DNA from: Rotaria sordida | Lineage: Eukaryota | DNA: 11,149 nucleotides | Assembly: GCA_905250005.1 (NCBI GenBank) | Contig: CAJNOH010000272.1 | Span: 135,875-147,023 of the forward strand | Reading direction: 5' to 3' | Shown here: one piece after another, positions 1-10,014 of the stretch | Layout: every line of letters begins with the position of its first letter | Numbering within the stretch: the stretch's first letter is position 1 | The notes under the pieces: generated by a model | Told to the model about the DNA's origin: nothing | What the model saw: the letters and a program-made list of their open reading frames with translations, nothing else | Database searches by the model: none | Translations under genes and position numbers: made by a program

Positions 1-405
1 AATAATTTTATCTTGATTTCTTAATAGTTTCTTTATTCAAAATTCTAAAGATTTCAAGAACGATGTGTCAAAGTCAATATTATAAAAGTCGAGATGTAGT
101 GAACATATTCAAAATACTAAGTATAAATCAATAGAAAGATAATTTTTGTGTCAATATTACCTCGAATGTTACGACGCTGTCTGACATATATATTTTTTCA
201 GAAGTCTTCAGAATTTTCAATTGAGAAAACATTCTATTAACCTGTACATATAGGATGACATAATTCATATGAAAACTGAGAAAAGATATAGTATAGTAGA
301 TTGTTTTCATTTTTTTTTTAAATGAAAGACGTATTCAAACAAAATATTTTACAAATTTCTCGTTCATGGATTCAAAATAAAATGCTTTAACAATTTCAAA
401 ATTAC

Positions 406-477
406 CTTCTCGCATATAAACTAATTCGGAACCACTCAGCGGTATAACGGTACCTATTTCTGCATAGCACAATGCAC
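406..477 (-). CDS. SLC7-family amino-acid transporter, exon 4. It encodes (G)ALCYAEIGTVIPLSGSELVYMRE(G). The gene continues downstream on the minus strand, i.e. toward or beyond window position 1.
   Basis: The acceptor is 'ttattatag|GTGCATTG', giving a 61-nt intron. 'ALCYAEIGTVIPLSGSELVYM' aligns with '[21 protein letters not shown]' of LAT1. The proposed donor is GAAG|GTAATT at 405–400. Reading through unspliced gives a non-hydrophobic tail and a stop, which does not fit the transmembrane helix that follows in this family, so a splice is preferred. I could not locate the next exon within 1–400. Confidence 0.55.
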
Positions 478-538
478 CTATAATAAAAATATGTATTTGA
501 AGAAAAAGATTAGGTTTTTTTTTAACTCAAAATCTCAC

Positions 539-640
539 CCAATATAGAGATGAAACCACATAATGCCCATATTACCAAACATAATCCAACCGATTCTGTC
601 TCTCTTAGAACACCTTTTGGAGAAATAAATATTCCCGAAC
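539..640 (-). CDS. SLC7-family amino-acid transporter, exon 3. It encodes (G)[34 protein letters not shown] with phase 1 in and phase 1 out.
   Basis: The acceptor is 'ctatatcag|GT', giving a 58-nt intron. The translation reproduces the family signature 'GSGIF.SPKGVL...GL.[16 protein letters not shown]'. The donor G|GTGAGA lies at 538–533. Confidence 0.7.
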
Positions 641-698
641 CTGATATAGAAAAATATTTCACAAAAAAAATAGTTTGGAATTAATATATCCTATTTAC

Positions 699-897
699 CA
701 ATGGTAATACCAAGTACGAACGAGATTCCAGAAAACAGACCGAGATGTCGTTTGAGGGTTTTCTTTTCGATAGGCACTATTTCATTTCTATCAGAATCTG
801 TTTCTTCGATTGATCTACTAATTGAATTTATCTCTTGCTCTTGATTAGATGTTAAATCCGTATGAGCATCCGAAGAACTAGGTTCGACACTATTTGC
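699..897 (-). CDS. SLC7-family amino-acid transporter, exon 2. It encodes ANSVEPSSSDAHTDLTSNQEQEINSISRSIEETDSDRNEIVPIEKKTLKRHLGLFSGISFVLGITIG and ends in phase 1.
   Basis: The frame is open across 66 codons. The C-terminal part 'LKRHLGLFSGISFVLGITIG' matches the start of TM1 of LAT/y+LAT transporters (e.g. 'LQRNITLLNGVAIIVGTIIGSGIF'). A donor G|GTAAAT lies at 698–693 and an acceptor 'cctttag' at 898–904. Confidence 0.65.
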
Positions 898-973
898 CTA
901 AAGGTATGAGAGACAAAAACAAAAACAACGTCTCTTTGAATCATCTCTTGTAGAGTCTTTTTTTTTTCATTAC

Positions 974-985
974 CTGAACAAACAT
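974..985 (-). CDS. SLC7-family amino-acid transporter, exon 1 (start codon). Reads ATG TTT GTT CAG then a GTAATG donor and splices in phase 0 to the exon ending at 897.
   Basis: The minus strand reads 'gatATGTTTGTTCAG|gtaatgaaaaaaa'. The exon ending at 897 begins at a pyrimidine-rich acceptor ('cctttag|GCAAAT') and has an in-frame TAG immediately upstream, so an upstream start exon is required. This ATG plus donor is the nearest consistent candidate and gives a 76-nt intron. Confidence 0.4.
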
Positions 986-1524
986 ATCGTTGTTATTATT
1001 GTTGTTACTTATTTCTATTCGTATTATTCGTCAAATGTAACTAGGATTTGTAGTCTATTCTTTTTTTAATCCAATATTTAAATCTCAAAGTAAGCAATAA
1101 AAATAAGAAGAAAAACATTGGCATTTAGTAACTAACAAAATGACGACTAACCGAAGCGGCTTCTTATGGACTGGATCGTGTGAGAGATAATAGTTTATTT
1201 GCATCTGTTAATCATATGACAATTGGTTGACTATAGTAGATGTGCAGAATCTATTGTAAAACAATGAAAATTCCCACGAACGGAGACATAACTGAAAGAA
1301 TTTAAAAATAAATAGTATCAATTAAACATATCTAGAGATTTAGAATATGAGTACGACTGGGTTGGCTTCTGTTGGGCGTTAGAGAGAGCAAAGAATAATT
1401 CAAGCAATTTCCTATCGGATCTACTCCTACTCTAGAAACAAAGAAGGCTTTCATAAGTTATGTGTTATTACGAAACACACAGACCAAATTTTCAGAATTA
1501 CTGTAGGCAATATAGCAATGAAAA

Positions 1525-1620
1525 GGGTGTGGGTTGTGTATGTTAGTGTCTTCTCTTAACTCACACTCTAGGGTGTGAATGTCTGTTGCTGTCGCGTGAA
1601 TATTACACAAACCCACACCC
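1525..1620. repeat. Telomere-hexamer palindrome, copy A. It looks like two tandem hairpin units (1525–1569 and 1571–1620). The left arm is GGGTGTGGGTTGTGTA and the right arm TACACAAACCCACACCC, with an inner palindrome CACACTCTAGGGTGTG at 1562–1577.
   Basis: This is direct reverse-complement matching of the arms. The G-rich arm lies 5' on the plus strand, as in every other copy. Confidence 0.7.
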
Positions 1621-3139
1621 ACATCCAACCGAAGCACGCTGACGATAATTTGTGGCAAACACAACTGTATTTAGACCTTTCCTCAGTTTCTAAGGAGTTC
1701 TCGGAAGATCTCTGGAGAAACTATCAGACATATGGATTAAGAAAATTTCATCATGCGAGAGTCAATGACTTTTGCACTTTACTGTATATAATATTCTCTT
1801 TTGTTTCTGAAAATGAGTACGAGTGTTAATGGTTGTAGACATGAGTGTGAATATGAAGTGGAAATATGCTTACCAGTAGACGCATGTCTATAAATTTACA
1901 CAAAGGCTAGCACTAACCCACGTACTCGTTTATTACCTTTAACTGTATGTGACTGATGATAATCATCGTATTCGAATCTACGTTCATAGTCCGCAGTTTC
2001 AATCATCATCAAATTAATTTAGTCGTTTTCAACTATATACATATTGTCGTGCTTTACATTTTACTATGTTATCATTTTCATTCTACTAGGTTGTTAAGCC
2101 CTTTAAATTTCATTGGATCAGAGACTTATTTTTGACTGTGATAAATAAATAAAAGTAATAAAGTTTTCTTCTAATTACTATTGATCTAACGGTAGAATTG
2201 CGTTGTTAGTCCTGCTGACTTCATTTGTTAATTTGCAATTTTGACGACAAAGACAGAAATATTCTTGTCAACAAAAGGATCATCCATATATAAAGCCAAA
2301 AAAGAAAAATTTTCAGTTTTTTTTTTACGGTAATTGAAAAGATGTAGCTGTAAATGATACTCGTATTCTTCAGTCACATTGTCGTTCACAAATACCTTTA
2401 AAATAAAATTCGGAATTAAATGTTCACTTTTGAATCAATGTTATGATGTTCCAAAGTATTAAAATATTTTATTGAATGTATACGTTCCTTTAAACAAATA
2501 AATACTTGGTACAATGTTTATATATAAAGGATGAAGAAATATCAAACACTTTTTATTTCATTCATACAGTATACTCGATATTTATAATTTATCCGATAAA
2601 AATATTGCTTGTCTGTACAAATGAAATTTGTATTTCTCATATTATCTTTTTCAACGATAAAATACATTTGAAAAATGTATTAAAAAAGTTTCATTTACTT
2701 ACTCAGTCATAATATGATAAAAGAAGATGCAACATTTCGGTCTAAACGACAACATACGAGATTTCTAATCGTAATTTGTCCTTATTTTTTTTGTGTGTGA
2801 TGTATGGTCAATTTTGAGTCCAATCGAAGCTCATCATTTTTAGTATTTCTATTCAGGCAGAGTGAATATATGACATAGTTAGTTGATATTTTGATGAGAT
2901 AATATAAATATATATGTGACGATGAGGGTGTATATGGAAGAAAATCAGAACTCAGGTAATGGGAACTGTCTTGAGATATTAAAGTACATTAGAAAAAAAA
3001 TCCACGTCTCTATACATTACCATCCGGGAGATATCTAGAGAGCCAAGTTGTAAAATAGGGCATTTACGCGTACAAAACTTTTTTTTTTGGAATATACTTC
3101 AAGCTACAGAGCTGGGTTTGCTTTTATTTGAAAGAGAAT

Positions 3140-3192
3140 CTTGAGGGTATGGGTGTATTCTTTTGTAGCACTTACACCCACACCCTCTCAAG
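3140..3192. repeat. Telomere-hexamer palindrome, copy B: CTTGAGGGTATGGGTGTA – 15-nt loop – TACACCCACACCCTCTCAAG.
   Basis: An 18–20-bp near-perfect inverted repeat. It lies inside the (probably spurious) minus ORF 3099–3344. Confidence 0.75.
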
Positions 3193-4199
3193 CATTGTGT
3201 AACTGTAGAAGCAGATCTACCTTTGATTTCTAGAAGAAAAGTTCGATAAACTTGGCGAACATATTCTATTAAGTCACCTTTTGAGACTTGCAGTGGATGC
3301 GATGCGTGAGATATGTTGAGAAAAATTAAATCTTTGTTTTTCATTAACTTTCATTCATCAAATATGTCAAGCGACCAAATTCTATCTTCAACCTTTTCTC
3401 TTTACTCTTTCATCGATCATTACGTTAATGTAAGAATAATGGAAGCTTTCAAATGTTGTAGGGTTGCCTTTCGAGCAAGCAACAAAAAATAACAAGAAAA
3501 ACAGAACAATGCGGGTGATTACCTCGCTTCATACTGCACAAGAATGTAGTAACTCATTTTTTAGTTTTTTCATTTAGTTGACAATAACACCTTGGAGACG
3601 GTGTACACTAATTGTGAGTACGTAAAATATTACAACTAACAGTCTAATACAAACTTCATAGATAGATCTATTTGTTCTAAAGAATAAACTAGGAACGATA
3701 TTGGGTAAATCAATAATATTTCTATTCAGGCAGTACCATTATCAATGTCACTAATCATGGCTTGAGAATGGATCAGAAATATTAACGATAGACTCAGACT
3801 TGTAGCTAATATTGATTCAATCAGTTCCATTTTGCAGATAATCGAATATGTGGTAGAATAATAACGATTACAAAATGTTGCATTCGTAGAATTCCTTAAA
3901 AATTTTTCCAAAAAATGCATTTTTGAAGAAATATTTGGAAATAAAACTGGTACAACTTTGCCCAGCATACCTACTTCGTGATGTCTCATTCGAATCTGTT
4001 TTATCCACCGCAACTGGAAGAGTTCCATCGATTTGCTCATGACTCATGGATCCTTATCCAAAATCACACAGAAATGTAGTTCACAAAGATCCAGGTAATC
4101 CAGCTTCCGAATATGTATTCTATTGTCTATGTCTACTTTCGCGTCATCAGGCACTTGTAAAGTATGACGTTGTTAGCGTCAATAGAGGTCATCCTATTA

Positions 4200-4370
4200 C
4201 TGCTGACTACTGTCTTTATTAATCATTGGTTTCTTTCTTGCTCTCATATCAGTTATTTTTCTATATTCTCTCTCTCTGATTCATATCAGTGGTTAATGTT
4301 TTTTTTTTCTTTCCTAATTGTTATTTTTATTGATTATCCTTCTCCTTTCTTTCTTCTTTCATCATTATAA
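4200..4370 (+). repeat. Polypyrimidine (CT/T-rich) low-complexity tract of about 170 nt.
   Basis: It contains runs such as 'tctctctctg', 'ttttttttttctttcc' and 'ccttctcctttctttcttctttc'. It explains the artefactual 68-aa ORF 4164–4370. Confidence 0.6.
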
Positions 4371-4775
4371 TATTTTGTTCTATTTTATTAGCAAAACCTC
4401 ATCACAATACGAATATACGGTAGGCGTGCTCTTTCTTTTTCGCATGAGATTTCTCATTGCCTTGTCGGACTAGCATCTAGATTAAGTTCCCTTAATATCA
4501 AAATCGGCAATTTTCGCCGATTTGTAGAAGAAATCACGATTATGCAAATAGGACTAGAATAAAAAAATAAAAAAATATCTCTGCATCGCTACAGTCGAAT
4601 TGACTGAATTTTTGGTTAGTGACAGAAGATTATTGATGGTATCATGAAAGTAATTTTATCAATTATTAAGTAAAAAAAAAAGTACATGCGTAATGTGTTT
4701 CATAACTAATTTTGTCTTGTCATTTAAGACAATGATAAAAACACATCAAAACAAACCTGATAAATAATTTTGTAT

Positions 4776-4984
4776 TGATGCACACAAAACAAGTTTTTTA
4801 CACTAATTAGTTTCAAAATCAACGATTACAAAGTTTCGAGCTTTATGGAATATTGCTTCTTTTTTGCACGAAAGTTAGTGTTTTGATGGTCAATGTGCCC
4901 TAATGGTTTATTTTACTTATGCAACATGAATTTCAGCATTTAAACTAACTAGTAGTTTTGAAAACTTGTTTTGTGTAAATCAAT
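4776..4984. mobile_element. MITE-like non-autonomous DNA element (~209 bp) with ~40-bp terminal inverted repeats (TTGATGCACACAAAACAAGTTTT ... AAAACTTGTTTTGTGTAAATCAA) flanked by TA/TA. This suggests a Tc1/mariner-type (Stowaway-like) origin.
   Basis: The reverse complement of 4943–4984 aligns with 4776–4815 at about 85% identity. TA dinucleotides lie immediately outside both ends (4774–4775 and 4985–4986). There is no internal ORF. Confidence 0.5.
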
Positions 4985-5690
4985 ATAGGATTATCCATAA
5001 AGTTTGTTTTGATTTATTCTTATTATTTTCTTAGATGATAAATCAAAATTATTTATGAAAAGTTATATATATGTATTCTTTTTTTTTTACTTGATAATAG
5101 GCAAAATTGTTTTCATGATGTCAACAATAGTATTTAACAGTAGTATGTGGTTATATTAGTTTCTCGAAAAAAATATTGTAATCATAAGGCTACTGATGGG
5201 CCACCCTTGAATATTTTCGATGATCTGGTCTACTCATAGCATTTGGATCTACGACTATGATGACACTTCCATGTGTCTGCAATAAATAGTACAAAAACAA
5301 AGTTTATTTTTTGTCTTAGATTAATATTAATTAATCAGTTTGACAATCAGATGATCTCAATAGAAGAAAAAAGAAACATATGATTGAATGAATATTAACC
5401 GAAATAACTTGACTCGAATAACTTTTTCGACATGTGAACAAAAATATTTAAGTCTACTGTAAACTCTAAAGTTCCGTACAACTACTAGATCAGTTAGAAA
5501 AATGAAATTTCCTAATAGCATTTGTCATGTTAAAATCATAGGAAAGAGCATTGACTTCATAAACTTTCATCTAATTACAGGCATCTTTTTCTTGAATTCG
5601 ATAAAGATCATTGATGATGTTGCTCGATACATACTCTCAAAATATTGTGTTCAGATCAGAGACTGAAACGAATAGATGAATAGTAATGTA

Positions 5691-5720
5691 GATTCGATTC
5701 GATTCGATTTAGATTAGATT
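5691..5720. repeat. Pentanucleotide microsatellite (GATTC)3 degenerating into GATTT/AGATT units.
   Basis: The sequence is 'gattcgattcgattcgatttagattagatt'. Confidence 0.7.
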
Positions 5721-7127
5721 TTAAATATGTAATTTTACATACTATAAATTTTTTCGAGATGTTTTCTTCATGGCAATGATAATTGTCTATCAAATATACT
5801 AGAATTTATATATTTGTACGTGTCAAAATATGCACGATACAAAAACCAGCATAAGTTCGAATTTTTTTTTTGCAATACACACACCGTTTGATACTTCAGG
5901 AAAGTCGAACATTTTTGCAAGAGAGAGTCGTTAACTACCTACTACCATTAGACAGTACTTGAAAACGAATATTACTATTCAATAATGAACATGCTATGAT
6001 AGCTGTTAAGTGTCAAGAAGATAATGTATAGGAAGCTTTTGCGTAAAATGAAGCAGAAAAACGAAACTCCATCCAAGTTCGACATAATTATCGTGAAGAG
6101 AAAATACTACAATTGACTACTAACATAAACATACATTATAGATTACAACAATCGAGAAATGACAAAGATAATTGCTATTCCTTGTTAGCAATCGTCTTTT
6201 ATATCATGCAATGGTATCATTCTATAACAAAGAAATAAGTTATTATAAACCGTATATGTTAGAAAGGATTTGATTATGGTAATGTTCAATTTCATTTAGT
6301 TTCTATCTCTGATTCAGACATTGATATCATCAGTAATAGAATTATCTTGATCATCTCAACAGCCAATCTTTTTCAGTCAGTGCATAACGAGAACTTCAAG
6401 AAAGTCAGCAAAAAAAAATCAATCAGGTGTGCCCTCTATCCATGGCTACATATACTACTAGTTGTAGAAAAGTTATCGAGATAATGAATATATCTTCGAG
6501 CCTTCAACAATGTCGATTTATCAAAAGAGACAATATTCGATAAACAAATGGATCTTTTCCTAAAAACATAAAATTATCTCGATCAACAAACTAATCACTC
6601 TAATCAAATACTTAGAGTAAGGAGATTAGTAAAATCGATTTTTTGATTAGTAGTTGAAAATTAACTTAAGATAACTCGTATTAGATAAGTATTATCGTTT
6701 AAGTTACTTTTTTTTCTTTATTGTGACAAAAAATTGACCGTAATTGATGAATTTTTTTTCGATTGACATCGAATAAGAGAAAATTTTCAATATGAAATGA
6801 GTATTTTGTAAGTTTTTTTTTACAATATTTGTCTATCAAATACAATAAAAGCAAAGAAAATTACGAATTGGATTATCGTTAATGTCTTCAATGAAAATGT
6901 TTCTAAAGAAGAATTTTATATAAAATTAGAGAAAATTTTTCTTCTCCTCACAATTATTAATGATTGAACTTTCTTCAAGATTTATACAAAGGAAAAAAAC
7001 AAAACGAGATAGTCGATATGTAATGGAAGATAAGTATGAAGAGTCTAAGTCTATGGATGATGTTTCAAAATTTATGAGTTTGATTTTTTTTCTCGTCAAG
7101 ATCTAGTTATTCGAGGAAAATATCGAC

Positions 7128-7172
7128 TAGGGTGTGTGTGTTCCCTTCGTGCATGCTTATACTCACCCTCTT
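7128..7172. repeat. Degenerate possible copy C: AGGGTGTGTGTGTTCCC ... GCATGC ... ACTCACCCTC.
   Basis: It has a GGGTGTG-type left arm and a CACCCTC right arm but much weaker pairing. It may be unrelated GT-rich sequence. Confidence 0.3.
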
Positions 7173-7277
7173 TACAAAACGAATTTTAAATTCGCATTCC
7201 TCGATTGCGGAAACAGCTAATCAAAATTAATAAAAAGAAAAAGAACTAATTTTTTTCGTCAATTTGATCCTCCTTGA

Positions 7278-7285
7278 TATAAATA
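7278..7285 (+). promoter_or_regulatory. TATA-like box (TATAAATA) upstream of the 274-aa ORF.
   Basis: It is about 340 nt upstream of the ATG. It would imply a long or spliced 5'UTR, and acceptor-like sequences 'ttttttttcag' (7340) and 'ttatttatag' (7613) lie between. Weak. Confidence 0.15.
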
Positions 7286-7622
7286 AAGTACACAATTTCA
7301 ATATCATCCTACATCATCGAATTGTTAATCTTGCTTTAGTTTTTTTTTCAGCTAATTTGTGAGGAATTGGCTTGAAAAGTATTTTGACATTTCTCAGTAT
7401 ACGATGTCTAGATGTACAGTAGATGACATAAATACAGCTGAATTTTGAATGAAACAAAATCTCGGCAATGCTTCATATGAAGTGCTTTTTGATCCATGTT
7501 CGTAAAAATATCAATTTGAATTGTTCACAGTAGTGTCATCTCTCTTCGTTGATGCTGGTCACCATCACTTTATTTTTAATGTATATTTTTCCGTCAAAAT
7601 TTTGACTTATTTATAGATAATA

Positions 7623-8447
7623 ATGTCACAAGAGGCACTTGATACACCTTCAAATCACGATGATGAGAAACCAAATCATATGATCATCTGGCTCGATTCA
7701 TCTATCGGTAATCCAAACGAATATCTACATTTGAAAAAGGCTTTCGCAAGTAATACTGATCCACGCCATGAAACTTGGACTATGCTTACCGACAAGGATT
7801 ATGACAATTTGCTTATTGCAACAGAAGCTCAAGAGGTAAAATTCGAAGGTGTACGCTTTCTTCTGCAAGCTTTTACTGACGAAAAAGATTGTCTCAAAGC
7901 TTTTGAGAACAATCAAGACAAGCATATCTTTTTCATTACTTCTGGACTATTAGGAATGAAAATTGTACCACAAATTATGGAACACTATAGACATATTTTT
8001 ACCGATCTAATCACTGATCAGCCGTACATGTCCATATATGTTTTCTGTCTCGATATGGAGGGACATGCTAACTGGGCAGTTGACTACATCGGCTATATTC
8101 AAATGTTCGACTTCGACGCAGACTTATTGGAACGTATGACACTTGATATTTCTAAATATTTCATTGAGCGTAGTAAACGACTGCGACAGGATAATGACTT
8201 GAAAGGTGCACTTCAACGTTTACATTGGGCAAAGAAACTCTGTCATCAGCATGACAAAATGGCACAAAAAATTTCTACAGATAATCCTCGACCGGTGCAA
8301 GAAAGTCAAACAATGAAGGATATTAATGCGCTAATAAACGAAATCGAACAAATATTACCTAAAGACTCTTCTCTACGAAATAGAAGCAGTAGTGATAATG
8401 ATGACAATGAGGAGAACTATGTACGATCAAGTGAACCGAGTAGTTGA
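7623..8447 (+). CDS. Hypothetical protein of 274 aa, apparently single-exon. It has an N-terminal ~150-aa globular domain ('IIWLDSSIGNPNEY...FTDEKDCLKAFENNQDKHIFFITSGLLGMKIVPQIMEHY...IYVFCLDMEGHANWAVDY') and an acidic, Ser-rich, low-complexity C-terminus.
   Basis: It is the longest ORF in the window. The start context 'aataATGTC' has A at -3, and the TGA stop is followed by AATAAA about 118 nt downstream. Codon usage is compatible with the other exons. From memory, the 'hhWLD...F.D..DC...hhFhhSG.LG..hhP' pattern resembles an uncharacterised N-terminal domain of large bdelloid-rotifer families (TPR/NHL/ART fusions); this was not verified by search. Confidence 0.6.
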   Translation: MSQEALDTPSNHDDEKPNHMIIWLDSSIGNPNEYLHLKKAFASNTDPRHETWTMLTDKDYDNLLIATEAQEVKFEGVRFLLQAFTDEKDCLKAFENNQDKHIFFITSGLLGMKIVPQIMEHYRHIFTDLITDQPYMSIYVFCLDMEGHANWAVDYIGYIQMFDFDADLLERMTLDISKYFIERSKRLRQDNDLKGALQRLHWAKKLCHQHDKMAQKISTDNPRPVQESQTMKDINALINEIEQILPKDSSLRNRSSSDNDDNEENYVRSSEPSS

Positions 8448-8564
8448 TCTATTACTTTTCATTTATCTAATCGAAACTAATATCCTACCATAGTTGTTGC
8501 TTGTTAATAGATTTTATGTGTGTGATTCTCGAGTCTTGTAACCTCTCTATTTCGATCGAGAAAA

Positions 8565-8570
8565 AATAAA
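8565..8570 (+). promoter_or_regulatory. Candidate poly(A) signal AATAAA for the 7623–8447 gene.
   Basis: The hexamer lies about 118 nt after the stop codon. Confidence 0.3.
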
Positions 8571-9117
8571 GAAATTTCACTCGCACAATCTCTCTCATTC
8601 TTTCATAAGTATAACTCATTTCATCGATCTCAAAGATTCAATACCGTACGTCAATGATATTGTCATCACCATGATTTTATTCCATCATTTGAATTTAGGA
8701 ATGATTCATAAGTTGTATTTATGCAAACTACATTGTACTGCGAAAATGCATTCATATTTTGTATCACTAGCCGAATACTTCTTTCCTCTCTCTCTTTCTT
8801 ATTGTTTTTTTTGTCCAATACAAATCGACAAATACGGTTTTACCCGTAGGCAAATACTTTAATAAAAAGACAATAATGGTTCTTTATCAATACAATGATT
8901 CATGGCTATTCATGGAACGAATTATTATTATGAGATGTTTAGACTACTGTATATATGTATATATATTTCAGCCATTTTAAAAGACAGCACTGTTAGGCTT
9001 TTCTACTGTTCCATCTGATAATTGAACAGTCGAGAAATGATATAGTTACACATGATCCTGCGTAATCATCAAAATTGATATTCCTCTTTCGGTTTGATTT
9101 TGTCACTATCCATTTTT

Positions 9118-9169
9118 GAAGGGTGTGGGTGTGGTTCAGGTCTCCCGTTAATTGACACCCACACCCTCA
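9118..9169. repeat. Telomere-hexamer palindrome, copy D: GAAGGGTGTGGGTGTGG – loop – ACACCCACACCCTCA.
   Basis: Both arms are exactly (GGGTGT)2 and (ACACCC)2, with about 16 bp of pairing and a loop of about 20 nt. Confidence 0.75.
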
Positions 9170-10014
9170 TTTTGATCGATATTTAGTACATCGATAAAGC
9201 CAAGATATAAAAAGTTTTGATATAATAAAGAATTTTGTTCATTTAATAAAGCATGCCATTCATGACAAGCTAAAAAAGAAAGAAAATTTAATAGAAAATA
9301 TCAGTCTTCTATTTGTTGATAATTGAAACCTCGTTTTATGAGATTATTGATAAGTAGTTTCATTTATTTATTTTTAATAAAAATCGGCAATATCAGTTTT
9401 TATTGTTAAATCAATAAATAATTGTACACGAACAGGATTTATTGATCGTAAATCAATTGAGGACATTCAATCAATTCAAAAAAAGAATTCTAAATTAAAA
9501 TAAAACATTTTAAAAATAATAACACATCTTTGTTTTCTTTTTGTTACTCGATCAACATTTGAATGTTTCTATTGAAATTGTCCAATCCATATTGATTGAA
9601 TAAGTTTATCCTATTTTTCACTTGCATTTATTAATAAATACAAATACACATTATTTATCTTCAACAGTATCAACAGCAAAACATAGATCAAAATTATTAA
9701 GTGAACTTAACTAATATCTACGAATCATTCTATCAATATAATAATATATTTTGTTTTTGAAAAATTAATGCCAACAAGAACTTTAATTAAAACTAATTCA
9801 ATGTAAAGAAAAATTATTTTATTGACTCAACTGACTCTGAATGGATCTTTATTATCTAAAATGTTGTAAAATAATTTTTTTTCTCCTGAATCGACATTGT
9901 ATGAAAAATAGGCTAAAACAATGATATACATCTTTGAGTAAAAGTCTTTCCCCTCCGGATCTCAGTCATTATAAAAATTAGTGGTTTGAAAATTCGTGTG
10001 CACATACTTCACTT

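Noticed and set aside
340-404. Read-through extension of SLC7 exon 4 (GNFEIVKAFYFESMNEKFVKYFV*)
   Set aside because: The extension is hydrophilic, whereas LAT/y+LAT family alignments place a hydrophobic transmembrane helix there. The splice donor at 405 is preferred.
1458-1829. Overlapping ORFs 1458–1664 (-) and 1575–1829 (+)
   Set aside because: Both are held open by the GT/AC-rich palindromic repeat (copy A), and the His/Thr/Cys/Val-rich translations are repeat-derived.
3099-3344. 81-aa minus-strand ORF spanning hairpin copy B
   Set aside because: It is held open by the telomere-hexamer palindrome. The 'GCGCKCYKR' stretch simply translates the ACACCC repeats, so it is not a genuine Cys-rich domain.
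3726-4040. 104-aa minus-strand ORF
   Set aside because: The composition looks like translated AT-rich noncoding DNA (Ile/Leu/Ser/Phe-rich, no recognisable motifs), and there is no splice or poly(A) support. It could not be tied to any family.
4164-4370. 68-aa plus-strand ORF
   Set aside because: It translates the CT-rich polypyrimidine tract (Leu/Phe/Ser repeats) and is a low-complexity artefact.
7725-7925. 66-aa minus-strand ORF nested antisense within the 274-aa ORF
   Set aside because: It lies entirely inside the stronger plus-strand CDS and has no start context or family resemblance. It is a typical antisense artefact.
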